A stretch of 64,000 bases of DNA from Enoplolaimus lenunculus. Its lineage: Eukaryota. The stretch is from the NCBI GenBank assembly GCA_030248215.1, contig JASANG010002214.1, positions 1 to 64,000 of the forward strand. The letters are read 5' to 3'. Of this stretch, positions 26,025 through 38,746 are shown piece after piece (position 1 is the first letter of the stretch; each line of letters opens with the position of its first letter). Below the pieces are notes generated by a model. That model worked only from the letters and a program-made list of their open reading frames with translations. It searched no databases and was not told the DNA's origin. The position numbers and the translations under genes were made by a program.

Positions 26025-26476
26025 TACTGTATTGACCCGAATAAGAGGGTGGGGTAATAAGAGGGGCTTCCCATTTTGAGTCCCAATCAATAGGAGTCCG
26101 TATCCCTAATAAGAGTCCGTAAGTGGATAGAGTCCCTAAACCCTAATTAGAGTCCATAAATGTCAATTATCCCTAATTGTAGCGCATAAATGACTCACGG
26201 AGCCCAATAATTTGAGTTTGAAACTTTAAAGCTTACTTAAATTTTGAAAGTACATTCCTAAGTATAACCCTGCATATCGGTCAAGCTTTTTAATGCAAGG
26301 TAAAAACCGTTTAATTCAACGGATAGTTGCAATACCGAAATATGTATCAGTAAGGAAGGGCGGCGGAGTGCTGGTTGAAAATAAATAACAGTCCGTAACC
26401 GAATAACAAGGGTGGGTACCCTCTGTAGAGGCCAAATAAACATCAGTCCCCCTCTCTTATTCGGGTCACTACAGTA
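26025..26476 (+). mobile_element. ~445-bp TA-flanked MITE
   Basis: TIRs, TA both sides. Confidence 0.85.
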
Positions 26477-26915
26477 GACAGTAATGCCGTCGGGGCTTTG
26501 TCAGGTGTTGTACGTCAAACGCACGAGAATTGTCACATGGCACCACAAAGTAATTTGTAAAAAAACTGACCAATGTAAAGAATAGGAGCGGAACAGTATT
26601 ATAAGCATATTCCTAAGTCTAAGTCGAAGTGTAAGCGTAATAATGAATAAACTTTGACTTCCGGCGCCGGATTTGCACTACAAGTACAGCGCAGCCCTGA
26701 AAGACTATTCGTGTTTTAGTAAACGAGCAGAAAATATACTATACTCTCTTTTGTCCGTTAAAAATACATTGCATTCATTCGCCACGTGCTGTCTGTTTCG
26801 CTTGTGATGAAAAAACACAGTTGTTTATCGATCTCTCAACGTATCTTAGCTCTTGTTTATAGCAGTTTAAAGAAATGTATTTCTCTTGTCAACAAAACTG
26901 TTTTTTCTAGTCGTA

Positions 26916-27098
26916 TACTGTAGTCACCCGAATAAGAGGGGGACTGATATTTATTTAGCCTCTCCAGAGGCTACCCTCCCTGTTATTCGGTTACAGACTG
27001 TTATTTTCAATCCCCGCCCTCCGCCACGCTTCGTTACTGATATATATCCGGTATTGCAACTATCCGTTGAATTAAACGTTTTTTGCCTCACTACAGTA
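26916..27098 (-). mobile_element. Internally deleted TA-flanked MITE
   Basis: one full end, other reduced to tcactacagta. Confidence 0.7.
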
Positions 27099-28250
27099 AA
27101 CAAGGGTACAACTGAGGTATGCCTCCTGCTTCAGTAAAAAAATTGACCTCCGGGTTTACGAGAACTGGTGGTGTAGCTTCAAAAACTATACTTGCCGAGA
27201 TTTTACAAAAAGGAAGTTTATCAATAAAAGCTTTTACAGTACTTTACTGGATATTGTCAAAATAAGGCAATTCAACATTGATTTTTATTAGCTAAATTTT
27301 GCTTGACCTCCGGCCCCGGTTCCGGTTCTGGGTGTTTTTCAACCCTAGTTGCACCCTGGTGTAAACGAACGGATTGTAAAAATAACGGAAAAGAATAGTG
27401 ATAACAGAAAAGGATATAATTAAAAACGGATATCCGATGACGGCTATAGTCTTGCGCCTTTTTGATTGTAATCAATGTGTCAGGATAGCAAGACCAGTTG
27501 CCTCAAAAGTTTCTGTGACACGTTTCGTCAGTTGGTCATGTGCGTCTTAGCTAACGTCAGAAGTCATGCATTGCTTCCGGTCAGTGTACCTATTATACTT
27601 CGCCTCTGCCTACCCGGAAATTCACGTCAAGCCTGGAATCGGCTTTTTCGACCCACGTTTGGCCATTGGCATCATCAAAGTTCCACAATACCATTTATAA
27701 CAAATTACTTCCGTATCCGCTCCGGGACCTTAGAACTGTTTATTCGAACAAATGCCAGAATAGGAGGCAAAATATGACAAAAACGCGTTTGAGAGTTACA
27801 AAAAATACAGAGATTCACTACCATGAGTGCGTGATGCCAGTGGCCAGAATGAAGCCAGGAGGTAGAGCTCAGCCCCCCTGGAAGTATTTTTACCCCTTAA
27901 AAATATTTAACTCTTGTTTGAAAGTCGTCCAAAAGCCTCGTATACCCTTCTTAAAAGATTTTTAGCCGCACCTAGCAAGGTGAGCTGACTCTCGGCCTGG
28001 GTAAGCGAGAATAGAAAACAGTCATGTAAGTCATGTAGTAGACGCTGTTTACACGTTAAACTCTTATAGCAGATGCTATATGCACATTAAGAACGCTAAC
28101 AAGAATACCAAACATTCTAATCTTCCCTCATTATCCATTTTGCAGTTGTATTATTAGAAACGAAAATCCTCGAGTGTTTCCTACTTTGACTGATAAAAAA
28201 TAACTTATCAAGCTCAAACGAAGAAATCTTCTACAATTGTTACGATTTTT

Positions 28251-28646
28251 GGCCACTGTAAAGGGTAGGGTCGGAACAGTACTATAAGCATATTCCTAAG
28301 CTTAAGCCTAAGCCTAAGCGTAAGCGTAAGAATGAGCATATTCCTTAGCCTAAGCCTAAGCATAAGCATTAGCGTAAGAATGAGCATATTCCTTAGCCTA
28401 AACCTAAGCATAAGCATTAGCGCAAGAATGAGCATATTCCTTAGCCTAAACCTAAGCCTAAGCATAAGCGTAAGAATGAGCATATTCCTTAGCCTAAGCT
28501 TAAGCCTAAGCATAAGCGTAAGAATGAGCATATTCCTTAGCCTAAGCCAAGCCTAAGCCTAAACCAAGTAAAGAAGTTAGTCTAAAGCATTAAGCCTACT
28601 CTTTTCTAGTCGCACAGACGTTCCGCCCCTGATCGTTACATAGGCC
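28251..28646 (+). mobile_element. TTAGGC-bearing MITE, subfamily A, internal ~48-bp unit x~5
   Basis: TSD cgattttt/cggttttt. Confidence 0.8.
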
Positions 28647-29470
28647 CGGTTTTTTAAGCATGTCAATAAACAAGGACTACCCTCCCCCTATCGGAAAACC
28701 TGGATGTCCCCAATCCCCGTGCGACTGGGAGCAGCTTGAGCCCTAAACATTTAGCGATATAGAAACAATGGTTACAAAACAAATAGACAACGCAGAAACA
28801 CTATCTGTGTTCAGATGTATAAAATGAACGTTGCGTTAAATATGAACATTCTTGCGCACTTAAGACACACAATCGTTAGTCAAAATACTATCGTAGACGA
28901 ACAATACCTTTGTCTAAAACTAAAGACGTTGCATATTCACGTTGGTGGATTTCACAGGAGCGACCCAGACCACGGCTATCTGTAGTGGCAGGAGTCGAAA
29001 TCAAAGTTTAAAGAATTAGTGCTTGCACAGTACCCCTGCAAATGCATGAAACAGCAGATTTAAGGCGCCGTTTGGGGTCGGATGGCGCCGCAAGACAACG
29101 GTAGCGCTACCCTTAGGGTTTAAACTGTTCAGTTGGTTGATACCATGGACAGGCAAACTAAGAAAATTCAAGATTGCCGTGTCATATTCTATTTAATTTA
29201 CTGTTCGCCATGGTTTACTGTTTACTGGGCCAAAAGATTATTTGGCGAACAGTAAATTAATTTACTTCATGCGGTGGTTATGGGATATACGCAAAAGTGT
29301 TACTGGACGATGATATCGTAGTCATGCGTACCTAATGCGCAACATTAAGTTGAAGCCAATTTGTAAACAAAATATTGCATTGTTTCAAGTTTAAATACAA
29401 CATCGTATTTTTAAAATACATGATATTGTTTGTATGTCAAATAAATAATATGCGTCAAACGTTTGGGCCT

Positions 29471-29632
29471 GGGCCAATGTAAAGAACAGGGGCGGAACAG
29501 TATTAGAAGCATATTCCTAATCTTAAGCTTAAGGCTAAAAGCCTAAGCAGAGCAAAAAAATTAGTTTAAAGCTTAAGCATGGTCTATTGCAGTCCCACAG
29601 AAAAACGTTCCGCCCGTGATCTTTACATGGCC
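29471..29632 (+). mobile_element. TTAGGC-bearing MITE, subfamily A (short)
   Basis: both TIRs. Confidence 0.75.
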
Positions 29633-30995
29633 AAAGTTTGCATATATTTGTTGTTTTTATGCAAACTTGTTATTGAATCTTTATACCGCGAAACAACCGA
29701 GTTGATCGACTCTGGCTCAGGTACAAAACCAACATCTGTATTATGTTTTCTTATAGACGTATTGCCAAAGTTTCCAGTCAATTGTAGCAGCCATTTTTAA
29801 GTATTCTTATATATTAAAGATGTGCCCTAACAGGCATTTCCGGTTAGGGTTAAATTTGTATATGGTTTCGGTATTTTTGAGTTTACAGTTGCACCCATGC
29901 TAATACAGAATCCGAAAAAACACTTGCCTACGCTAAGTAAAACTTCTTCCAGTTCCGCTGACGTATTAACAGTACTTAGCTCTTTGTCGTATTTAGAAAA
30001 CAGTTTGTTCAACCTTGAACTGTACTGTGTTTGCAACTTCTGAGAACAAAAAGTTTAAACGTTTTATAAAATAAAAATATTAATAAAATATGCTTGGCGT
30101 ACAGTTATTAAAGCACTCTTGACGTATATAAATGCATTCATCATATACTTTAAAGGGCCCATTTAAAGTACTGCGATGGAACGTTTTTCTGTGGGACTGC
30201 AATAGAGTATAAGCTTCTTAGGCTTTAAACTAATTTTTTTGTTAAGGGATATGCAATACTTAACTTTTTTGGCCTTGCACGCGAAGAAATAATGTCTTAC
30301 TACAGATTGCAAATTTCGTTTTTAAACATATTGTATCAGGCGCTCAAACGATTAAATGTTTTGTTTCATTATTCAATTTCTTTTTTCATAGTTCTACACA
30401 CGCACGCTCAGTACATGCGTCATTTGATTAATGTTAATATAAACGTCTGCCTACTAAAAGCCTAAGCCAAAATTTAAGCGTAAACCTAAGTCTAACCCTA
30501 AACATAACACTAAACATGACGCTAAACCCAAGCATAACTCTTAGCATAAGTTTAAACCTAGCCTAATTCTAAAAGGTTCGCGGTTTCCCTGTGGTTCACT
30601 GGTCAGCTCCCTAAAAACCTAAGCCTAAACCGAAGAGAAACCTTGAACAAAAGCCAAAGCCCAAACCTAGGCCGAAGCCTAAGAATCAAAGTCCACCTGT
30701 CTCGTCGCGAGCATATCCCTAATTGAAACCTGGATCTGTCATATTAAAACATCTTGTCCCGAATATTCTCACAATGCTTGTTTCATACTGATCAGCTATA
30801 ATTTTTCAACGATTTTGCGTCAAAAAACTACTTGACGAAACGAAATTCAACTGTAAATCGTATAATTTGACGATTTCTACTTGAGTATTTGATCTCATAA
30901 TAAGCTGTCAAACGATACAAATTAGAATTATATGCCAGTATTTAGCAGTGTATGCATCATTTTCGGTGGTTTTTGTTTTTGGGTTTGAAATTTTC

Positions 30996-31224
30996 GGCCC
31001 ATGTTACTTTAAGTGGCGTCCAGGATTCATTCTGTTGGGTCTATAAAATTATAAAATAGTAGGTTTTGGATTCTAGATTACATTTTTTTGGCTTAGGCTT
31101 AGGCTTAGGAGCTGATTTTTGCAACGCCTAGACTTAGGCTTAGGCTTAGGATTCGGCTTAGGCTTAGGCTTAGGCTTCGGAATACGCTTAATCTACTATC
31201 GCGCCCCTTGAAGTAACATTGGCC
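30996..31224 (-). mobile_element. TTAGGC-bearing MITE, subfamily C
   Basis: TSD aaattttc/aaatttcc. Confidence 0.8.
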
Positions 31225-31469
31225 AAATTTCCGATAAATCTATGATTCTATGCTTGGATACTTCAAAAATACGCTAGTTTCACATCTACTCGGCCACTCC
31301 ATTGACCAATACTTATTTCCATCTTTCAGTTTTTATGTCTTCACAATTTTATTCCCGCATCGAGAACAGATATGTTTTGACTTTGTCTACTTTCCTAGGT
31401 GTCCTAACGCTTGCTTGCAGAATGTTACTTTAAAGGGCGTCCCGACAATCTTCCAACGCTAGTCTAGTT

Positions 31470-31595
31470 TAGGTTGTTGTTGTTATTGGTGGTGGTGATG
31501 GTGGTAGTGGTTGTTGTGATTATTGTGGTTGTCGTTGTTGTTGTTGTTGTTTTGTTGCTGTTTTTGTTGCAGTTTTGTTGTGTTGTCGTTGATTT
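31470..31595. repeat. Degenerate (GTT/GGT)n microsatellite
   Basis: direct inspection. Confidence 0.8.
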
Positions 31596-31744
31596 TGGCT
31601 TTTTCACAGTTCTACGCCAGCATTGGTACTGTAGCTATCTTTTTAACGTGTTTCCGTTAACGTTCCAACGTTTGTGTGTACTGGTGGTCAACTTCAATTT
31701 TTTTCACCCTCACAAAGAAACTTCAACTGTGAATTATTAACGAC

Positions 31745-31948
31745 GGTCAATGTAAAGGAACAGGGGCGGAACAGTATTATAAGCATATTCCTAAGCCTAA
31801 GCCTAAGCCTTAGCCTAAGCGTAAGAATGAGCATATTCCTAAAACCTAAGGTTAAGCCTAATCTAAGCAAGTAAATTAGTCTAAAGCGTAAGCTTACTCA
31901 ATTGCAGTTTCACATAAAAACGTTCCGTTCCTAATCTTTACATGGGCC
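31745..31948 (+). mobile_element. TTAGGC-bearing MITE, subfamily A, 40 bp past the C2-gene stop
   Basis: both TIRs and core. Confidence 0.75.
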
Positions 31949-31987
31949 TTAGAGGCGAAGTGTTAACTGCTCAGAAAATATGCTACT

Positions 31988-32307
31988 CTATGCCCGAATT
32001 CGTAACGTATGCGTCATTTTAACGTCTTTGCCAGGATGTTCTAACGCTTGTTTCCACTGGTCGATTTCAGTTTTTTCCACCGCATCGCGTCCCAGAACCA
32101 CTTCGCCGATGATATCGTCGCCTGTATCGACGCGACTTGTGTCAACAACAGCAACGACAACATTTGTTGAATCCAGCACCACCGGATGTGTTACAACGAC
32201 GAACATTACCGCTTCTTTGTACACTGGGGATGTGCACTTTTTAAGCGTTCGCGTGTTTTTGCGTTGAGTTTTGCCACTCTGCTCCAATGAAATTCGAACA
32301 CACGGAT
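31988..32307 (-). CDS. Tandem-C2 protein last exon (C2B)
   Basis: tttcag acceptor phase 1; DPCVRISL..KNTRTLKKCTSPVYKEAVMF..IIGEVVLG..QWKQALEHPGK..HTL, synaptotagmin C2B C-terminal pattern. Confidence 0.85.
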
Positions 32308-32915
32308 CTGAAACAATTGATTTGAGATGTTTAAGTACAGCGTCGTGATTATAATGAGCGTCTTGTTTTTTGCTCAAATTTCTGCAAGAAATATATGCGT
32401 TTACCCCCGCTTTTTAATACACCCTTGCTTACTTTCATTGGTTTTACCAAGAAGGGATATTGGTTTCAACAAGGGTGTGCAACTGGGTACTCTCTGTGTA
32501 CAGAAGAATGTACTCGGCACGCGTTGCATTTTTCCCGTCCCCGCCCTCATTTTAGGAGGTTGTTGAAACCTTGAACGCAGACAAATACTATTGCGATGCA
32601 CAGTGAAAACTTGTCCGATACTAGGTTTAGGTTTAACTGAGTTCTGTGTGCAGATGACTCCCTAATTAAGGGGAGGGTATATGGGCCAAACGCAACGCAC
32701 GGTGGTACTTTTTAGGCCACTCGCATTGTTGGAAATTGCACACTCTTATCATCGACTTTTGGTTTTACGATTTAATTGCTGCAGTGAAACTTTAGCAAAA
32801 ATTGCTAATATTCTTCAGATGAGAATGTATCTGAACTGATGGTAAAACTACAGGTTCAATCGCAATTAGAAAATTTTCAATAATCAGATTTGATTACATT
32901 AGGTATATACTATAC

Positions 32916-33027
32916 CTGGCGAACCGGTAAGACCAAACTTTGGCAAGTTTTCAGCTTTAATTACGTTGATTGTCAGCCGTTTTGATTCGCGTTCATAACA
33001 CAGCGAAAATTGAATTTTGCCAAGGCT
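32916..33027 (-). CDS. Tandem-C2 protein exon 3: start of second C2 domain
   Basis: ttacag|...|gtatag; SLGKIQFSLCYERESKRLTINVIKAENLPK, typical synaptotagmin C2B strands 1-2. Confidence 0.85.
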
Positions 33028-33075
33028 CTGTAACAAAATCGTTGTTGTTTGTTTTAAATTATGGTAAAACAAATT

Positions 33076-33306
33076 GACCAATGTTACATTCAGGGTCGCA
33101 GCAGTAGATTAAGCGTATTCCTAAGTCTAAGCCTTACCCTAAGCGTTGCAAAAGCGTATTCCTAAGTGTAAGCCTTACCCTAAGCGTTGCAAAAGCGTAT
33201 TCCTAAGTCTAAGCCTAAGCCTAAGCACAAAATGTAGTCTAGAATGTAAGCCTACTCTTTTAAAGACCCACCAGAAACTGGGACGGCCCTAAAAGTAACA
33301 TGGGCC
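33076..33306 (+). mobile_element. TTAGGC-bearing MITE, subfamily C
   Basis: perfect TSD aacaaatt. Confidence 0.85.
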
Positions 33307-33476
33307 AACAAATTTTGTTTTGCAAAATAGTTTAACGCTTGAAAAATGTTTTTGCTTTTGTCTAATATCGTTAGCGCATTAAGTACAGTAGCGTTCTATT
33401 TGAATTCGTACTTTAATTGCCTGTCTAATGAGCTGCTGGTTTTCGTTCAGGTTGTTAGCTCACTGCTAGTATTATT

Positions 33477-33812
33477 GGTCAATGTCAAGAACAGAGGCGG
33501 AACAGTGTTATAAGCTAATTCCTAAGCCTAAGCCTAAGCCTAAGCCTAAGCCTAAGCGTAAGAATGAGTTTATTCCTAAGCCTAAGCCTAAGTGTAAGCC
33601 CAAGCGTATGCATGAGTTTATTCTTATGGGCCTAAGCGTAAGAATGAGTTTATTCCTAAGCCTAAGCCTAAGTGTAAGCCTAAGCGTATGCATGAGTTTA
33701 TTCTTATGGCTAAGCCTAAGCCTAAGCCAAGCAAAAAAATTAGTCTAAAGCTTAAACTTACTCTTGTCTAATTCCACAGAAAAACGTTCCGCCCCTGATC
33801 TTTACATGGGCC
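33477..33812 (+). mobile_element. TTAGGC-bearing MITE, subfamily A, internally expanded
   Basis: perfect TSD gtattatt. Confidence 0.85.
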
Positions 33813-34017
33813 GTATTATTTAACAACTGTTCAAACATACCGATCCCTAGCCAAAATTTTGTTACTGGTTTCAAAAATTTTGATATTTTTCTATGGACGA
33901 TAGTATTTGAAAAAAATTTTCCATTGAACATAATACTTAAGTGAAATAATTTTATATTTTACTAGCACTTGTGATTAAGCCTACAAAGTAAATGAGACAC
34001 AAATCATTTTTTTTTAC

Positions 34018-36879
34018 CTTTGACGTAACGACAGGCTGCAAATGCTTATTGAGTGTGATATCTTTTTTTGTTAAAATTCCTTTGATTCGCATCAACGGAA
34101 CGTCAACGCTGCCAATGATGACAGTTTTTCGAAACAGTGCTCCTTCAGGTTGATGACATACGGCAATTTGAACCGATTTATCTCGAATGAGTTCTTGACT
34201 CATGTTGTCAAAGAAAAATTCTTGATTATACCGCGCGTCACAGCTATGCCTTGCAATTCGTGTCTGTTGTCGTTGAATTTTTCCCGGCATCAAACAAACT
34301 CGTACAAATGTATTCAGTTTTTCGTCGATTGCGCCGTTTGAAGTTCCAGCGACGCCATTGTTTGCCTTAGAACCAGTGCGATTTGCGATATTTCCACCGA
34401 TTCCTTCGGTTTTAATTATTGTCACTTTGAGCCGTTTTCGTAACGGCCAATACTGGACCGCAAAGCGAACAATTCCTAGCCGAGAGATGCCAAACTCGTC
34501 CGTTTCTTCCAGGTTATCGTTTAGTTTGACCGCAGCCGGCACTAACAGCAATTGGCTTGGCCCAGCTGGTTTTGCAGATGGTACGATTTTTGAAGTCCGC
34601 AGTTTTTCGGACGCGTTCGAACCCATCGCTTGAATCAATGGTTTCGCTAGTCCTAATTGTTGAGACGCCACCTGTGAGTAATTCATCGATGCCAGATCTT
34701 GCATGCTTATGCCAAACGCACCTGCGTCTTGATATGCGGCTAATCGGTTCGAGTTTCCAGTCGCTGACAGATTTGCGCCTGTTGCTAGCGATTGTTTTCT
34801 TTCGCCGTTTTCGTTTGTGTTGTCAGTTTGATCGGGTTCCACGATTGAAAACGTTGGTGGAGCGTTTGGTAGTTCTTCTTGTTCTTGCTCTTGTTCTTCT
34901 TTTTCTTTTTCTTCTTCTTTTTCATGATGTAACGCTATTTCATTGGTGATTTCTTCGGTTTCTTCATCAAAATCGCTGTGGTCACTTTTCTGATTGATTG
35001 ATGAACACGTGCTACCGCTTCGTATTCTCGTCGGCCGAATCGATATTTTTCGATATGTAGTTTCGGTCTCGACATCTTGTGGCGGTTGTGGCGATGGGGA
35101 AATTCGGCGCGACAAGTTGCTTTCTTTTTGATCCAAGCTGAACGCTCCAAACCCTCCCACAATTCGACTAAGTCCAGTTTTGCTGCAAAATTCTGCTGTT
35201 TTTTGAGACAAACTTTGCGTACTTGTAGAAATTAGGCTACCAGACTGTGCTTCACTTTTTGAATTCGACCGCATTCGCAGATCCATTGAGCTTCCTTGAG
35301 ATGTCTGGTCATCGTCTGGGCCTGTTGCATGCCCAGGAGATAGCGCAGACAAGTAGCTACCGTTGCGTTCAGTGGCAAACATTGCCGATAGCCGCCGTTG
35401 CGTTGATTTGACCAAATTGATTCGTGACGGTGAGCCAAACGTATTTGGAGTCGAAACGTTACTATCAGACGCTGCTTTATCGTTTTCGTTAATCCCAGTT
35501 GGTTGTCCAACTCCCAGATATCCTTTTGACAGTCGTTTGACGCATAAATGAAGCGAGTTCAAATCAAAAGAGTCTCTTTTTGCTGTTGAGTCATCTGCCG
35601 TTTCGCCTTCGTGATTGGTCGGATTTTCACATTGTTCCGCCGGAACTTCGTCATTGGTTCCAACGTGGCATGGTTCGGCAGCCGATAATTGCCAGTCAGG
35701 CAACGGAGTTCGGCTGTCTTGATCAAAAGTTTCACTAGGAATCTCGAACCCGGAAGTATTGTCAGTAATTGAATCCGCAAAATATTCGTTGTTTTGTTTG
35801 TTTTCGTGTTCTCTGTAAAAGTTTTCACTCTGTGGTTGGTGGTCGGTATTAATGATTTCGTCTGAATTATACTTGTTTGGTTGTATGTTAATGGTGGCAA
35901 AGGTCTCTTCTCCGCCAGCAAAAAGTAAATCATGTCGGTGTCGTTGTGATGATTTTTGATCAATTTGCAAAAGTTCTCGTTTACAGCTGGCCGACGACGG
36001 GATACAATTCTCACTTTTACAATCGGCCGTAGCCTCGTTGGATTTAGAGGCTTGAGTTGAAAATTCAAGTGGACTGGAATTCCTCTGTTGATTCACTGAA
36101 TTGATAGCAGAAGATCGACAAAGTTTCGATGTTTGGTTTTGTGAGCGATTCGTCTCTGACTTTATAGACGGTTTTCGTGGACACATCACTGGTAGCTGAG
36201 ATGCGGGCGGAGTAGGTAGAATTCGTTTAGTTTTCCCTTGTTTATTGAGCTGATGTTCGGTTGATCTATGAGCGATTTGCGTTACTGGTATGCTCGATCC
36301 AACGACCATTTCTGTCTTGTTTGTTTTCGACGAATATACCTGCGTTTGCGTGCTCAGTCGTGGACGCTGATGCCTTTTTGTGTCCCAGGATCGCTTGGAT
36401 CCATCCTGCTGAACATGATGCTGGTTTTTGGTTGCGTAAATTGGCTGGATTTGAACAGTTCCATCAGATTCACTTGTGTCGTTTGATATTGAATAATCTT
36501 TTGGCGGTTCTGTGTTGGCTTGCTCTGCGTTCATCATTCCACCGTCGTAGCTACGCTCGTAGTTATTCACTTGGCATGCGGCAGCCGTTTCGCTAGATGG
36601 TTGGAAAGGATCATCGGGATGGCTTGTGAGTGACTGAAGCGAATCGTTGAGCTCAGGTTGGCGATTTAGTTTTCCACGATGTAACCCTGATCCGGACAAA
36701 ATCTGCATGCCACGGGTTTTGGAGTCGCTTTCAGCATCGGTTGCATTTTCCAATGTTCCACTAACGACCGGTTGTGGTCCAACAAGTTGTTCCCAAGATG
36801 AATTCCGATCGTTCGGTTTAAACGCATGATAATTCGATGCTGAATCTACGCTATCATCGCTGCCAAGGTACCATTGATT
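34018..36879 (-). CDS. Tandem-C2 protein exon 2: disordered region plus first C2 domain
   Basis: ttatag acceptor, aag|gtaaaa donor; C2: LGIVRFAVQY..KRLKVTIIKTEG..FVRVCLMPGKIQRQQT..YNQEFFFD. Confidence 0.85.
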
Positions 36880-37963
36880 CTATAAAATGTTGCAAATTAT
36901 ATCTGGCTCTTGTACACTTCACTCTTTATTTTAAGTCAAAGACAAAGCGTTGTAAAAACGTTTAGGCAAAGGCTTAGGCTTTGGCATATGTAAAGTTTGT
37001 CGTAAAATCTAAGTGTAGTAAGCCTGAGAGACTACGGCTATAAGACGAAACGTGTACAAGAGCATCAAACTTTAATGAAATACGAGATTTGAGCAATGTC
37101 GAAATAATGAAAAGATGCAAAATGCACCGGCCATAGAATCTAAGCCTACTCTTTTACAGACCCCACAAGAAACAGTAATATGGCTATAGACACTTAATTT
37201 ATGAGTAATTGTTATAAATTTTATTGCCAAGAAGTATTGTTTACCAAAAAGTTAGTCTCGAGTGCTAGAGATTTTGGACTGTCTGAATATATACGTGAAA
37301 GCACCGGACAGCTAAAACAGCGTTTGCTCTATAAGAGCGGATGTAAGCGCGTCAGCCGCACAATGCATGTTTTGCTGGTTACACGTCAAAGACACGAAAT
37401 ATTTGCGACCAACAACCCGCTTTTCCGAAACAGCAATTCATTGAAAGCAGCAACTTAAAGCCTAAATCATACGCGCAAGTTTTGCAGCAAAAACTTTCAC
37501 GTGCAAGTTGCATGTGCAAGTTTGGTTAATACAAAACATCTTTGAAGTTCTTGCAGCTGCAAATAATTCACTGCAATTCTAACAATTAAACTTTTTACCC
37601 ATGCTAAACGCAGTTGCAGTTCGCTTGAATTTGTGGCACCTGCATTTTGATTGGCCCATCAGAAGGCACTGCGTTGAGTGGTTTTGAATTAATTCAGACT
37701 TTGTAAATTTAGAATTAATTCAAATTTTTTTGCAGTCTACGACGATTGTGACCCGAGCTTTTTTCATTTTGAGGCACTAAGTAGACAATGTTTTGGTATA
37801 GAAGCGTTTTCAAGTCAAGAAATTTCAAATAGAATCTTGTTAACGCGCGAATGTGTGTTGCTGCTGAAACCGGCAGCTGCAAGGTTTTTTAAAAATTCAT
37901 TCGAAGAACTGGCAGCTGCAACTTATTTATGATGAATTTACGCCAAGCATTCATAGGTATGAA

Positions 37964-38126
37964 GGTCCATGTTGCATTAAGGGACGTCCAGGTTTCTGGT
38001 GGGTCCATGAAAGAGTAGATTTAGATTCTAGATTACATTTTTTGCTTAGGCTTATAGGCTTAGGCTTTAGGCTTAAGTTTAGGAATGCGCTTAATCTACG
38101 GTTACGCCCCTTAAAGTAACATTGCC
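37964..38126 (-). mobile_element. TTAGGC-bearing MITE, subfamily C
   Basis: perfect TSD ggtatgaa. Confidence 0.82.
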
Positions 38127-38342
38127 GGTATGAATAGCGTTGCAAATCTAATTAATTTATCATGATTCGCTGAACTGATAATTTATAGCTAATGCTAGAC
38201 ATTTATTGCTGTCGTCTGCAAACATTCAGAATGAAAGTGACGTTTCTTTACAAATACTTGCAGCTGCAAGCAGTTTGTGCAAGTTTTGACTGTATCCTAG
38301 AAGCAATAACCGTGTTTCAAGCAAACTTCACTATTTTCATAC

Positions 38343-38697
38343 CTCAAACTGGGCATTGCCGCTGCATTCTTGAGACCGCGCGGGCAATCGTTTGAAATGC
38401 CGTGTTTTTCGGTCGTCGCGTCCGACGCTTTCGAAGCACACAGCATCTGATGAAGTATCGGATCCTAGCAATAAATCTCGGTTCAGTCGTGGCTTCGATT
38501 GCCGTTTGGATCGTCCGCCAATCGTTGTAGCACCATGGCGCGTTTTGTCACTAGTGTTTCCAGCAAAATGTTCAGCATCCGTTGATTGGCTAATCTTAAT
38601 GTTTGGTTCTGAATGTGTATTGTTGTCGAAACAATTGTCGTTTGAGTACACCAGGTGTCGATGAGATTCGTATGGTTCGTGTTGCTGCTGCTGCTGC

Positions 38698-38746
<49 letters not shown>

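Noticed and set aside
28214..28556. ORFs of LRLRL / SLSLS / PKPKP type (also 15344-15713, 17633-17896, 33482-33748, 51191-51476, 5085-5387)
   Set aside because: Translations of TTAGGC hexamer arrays inside TSD-bounded MITEs; no gene structure
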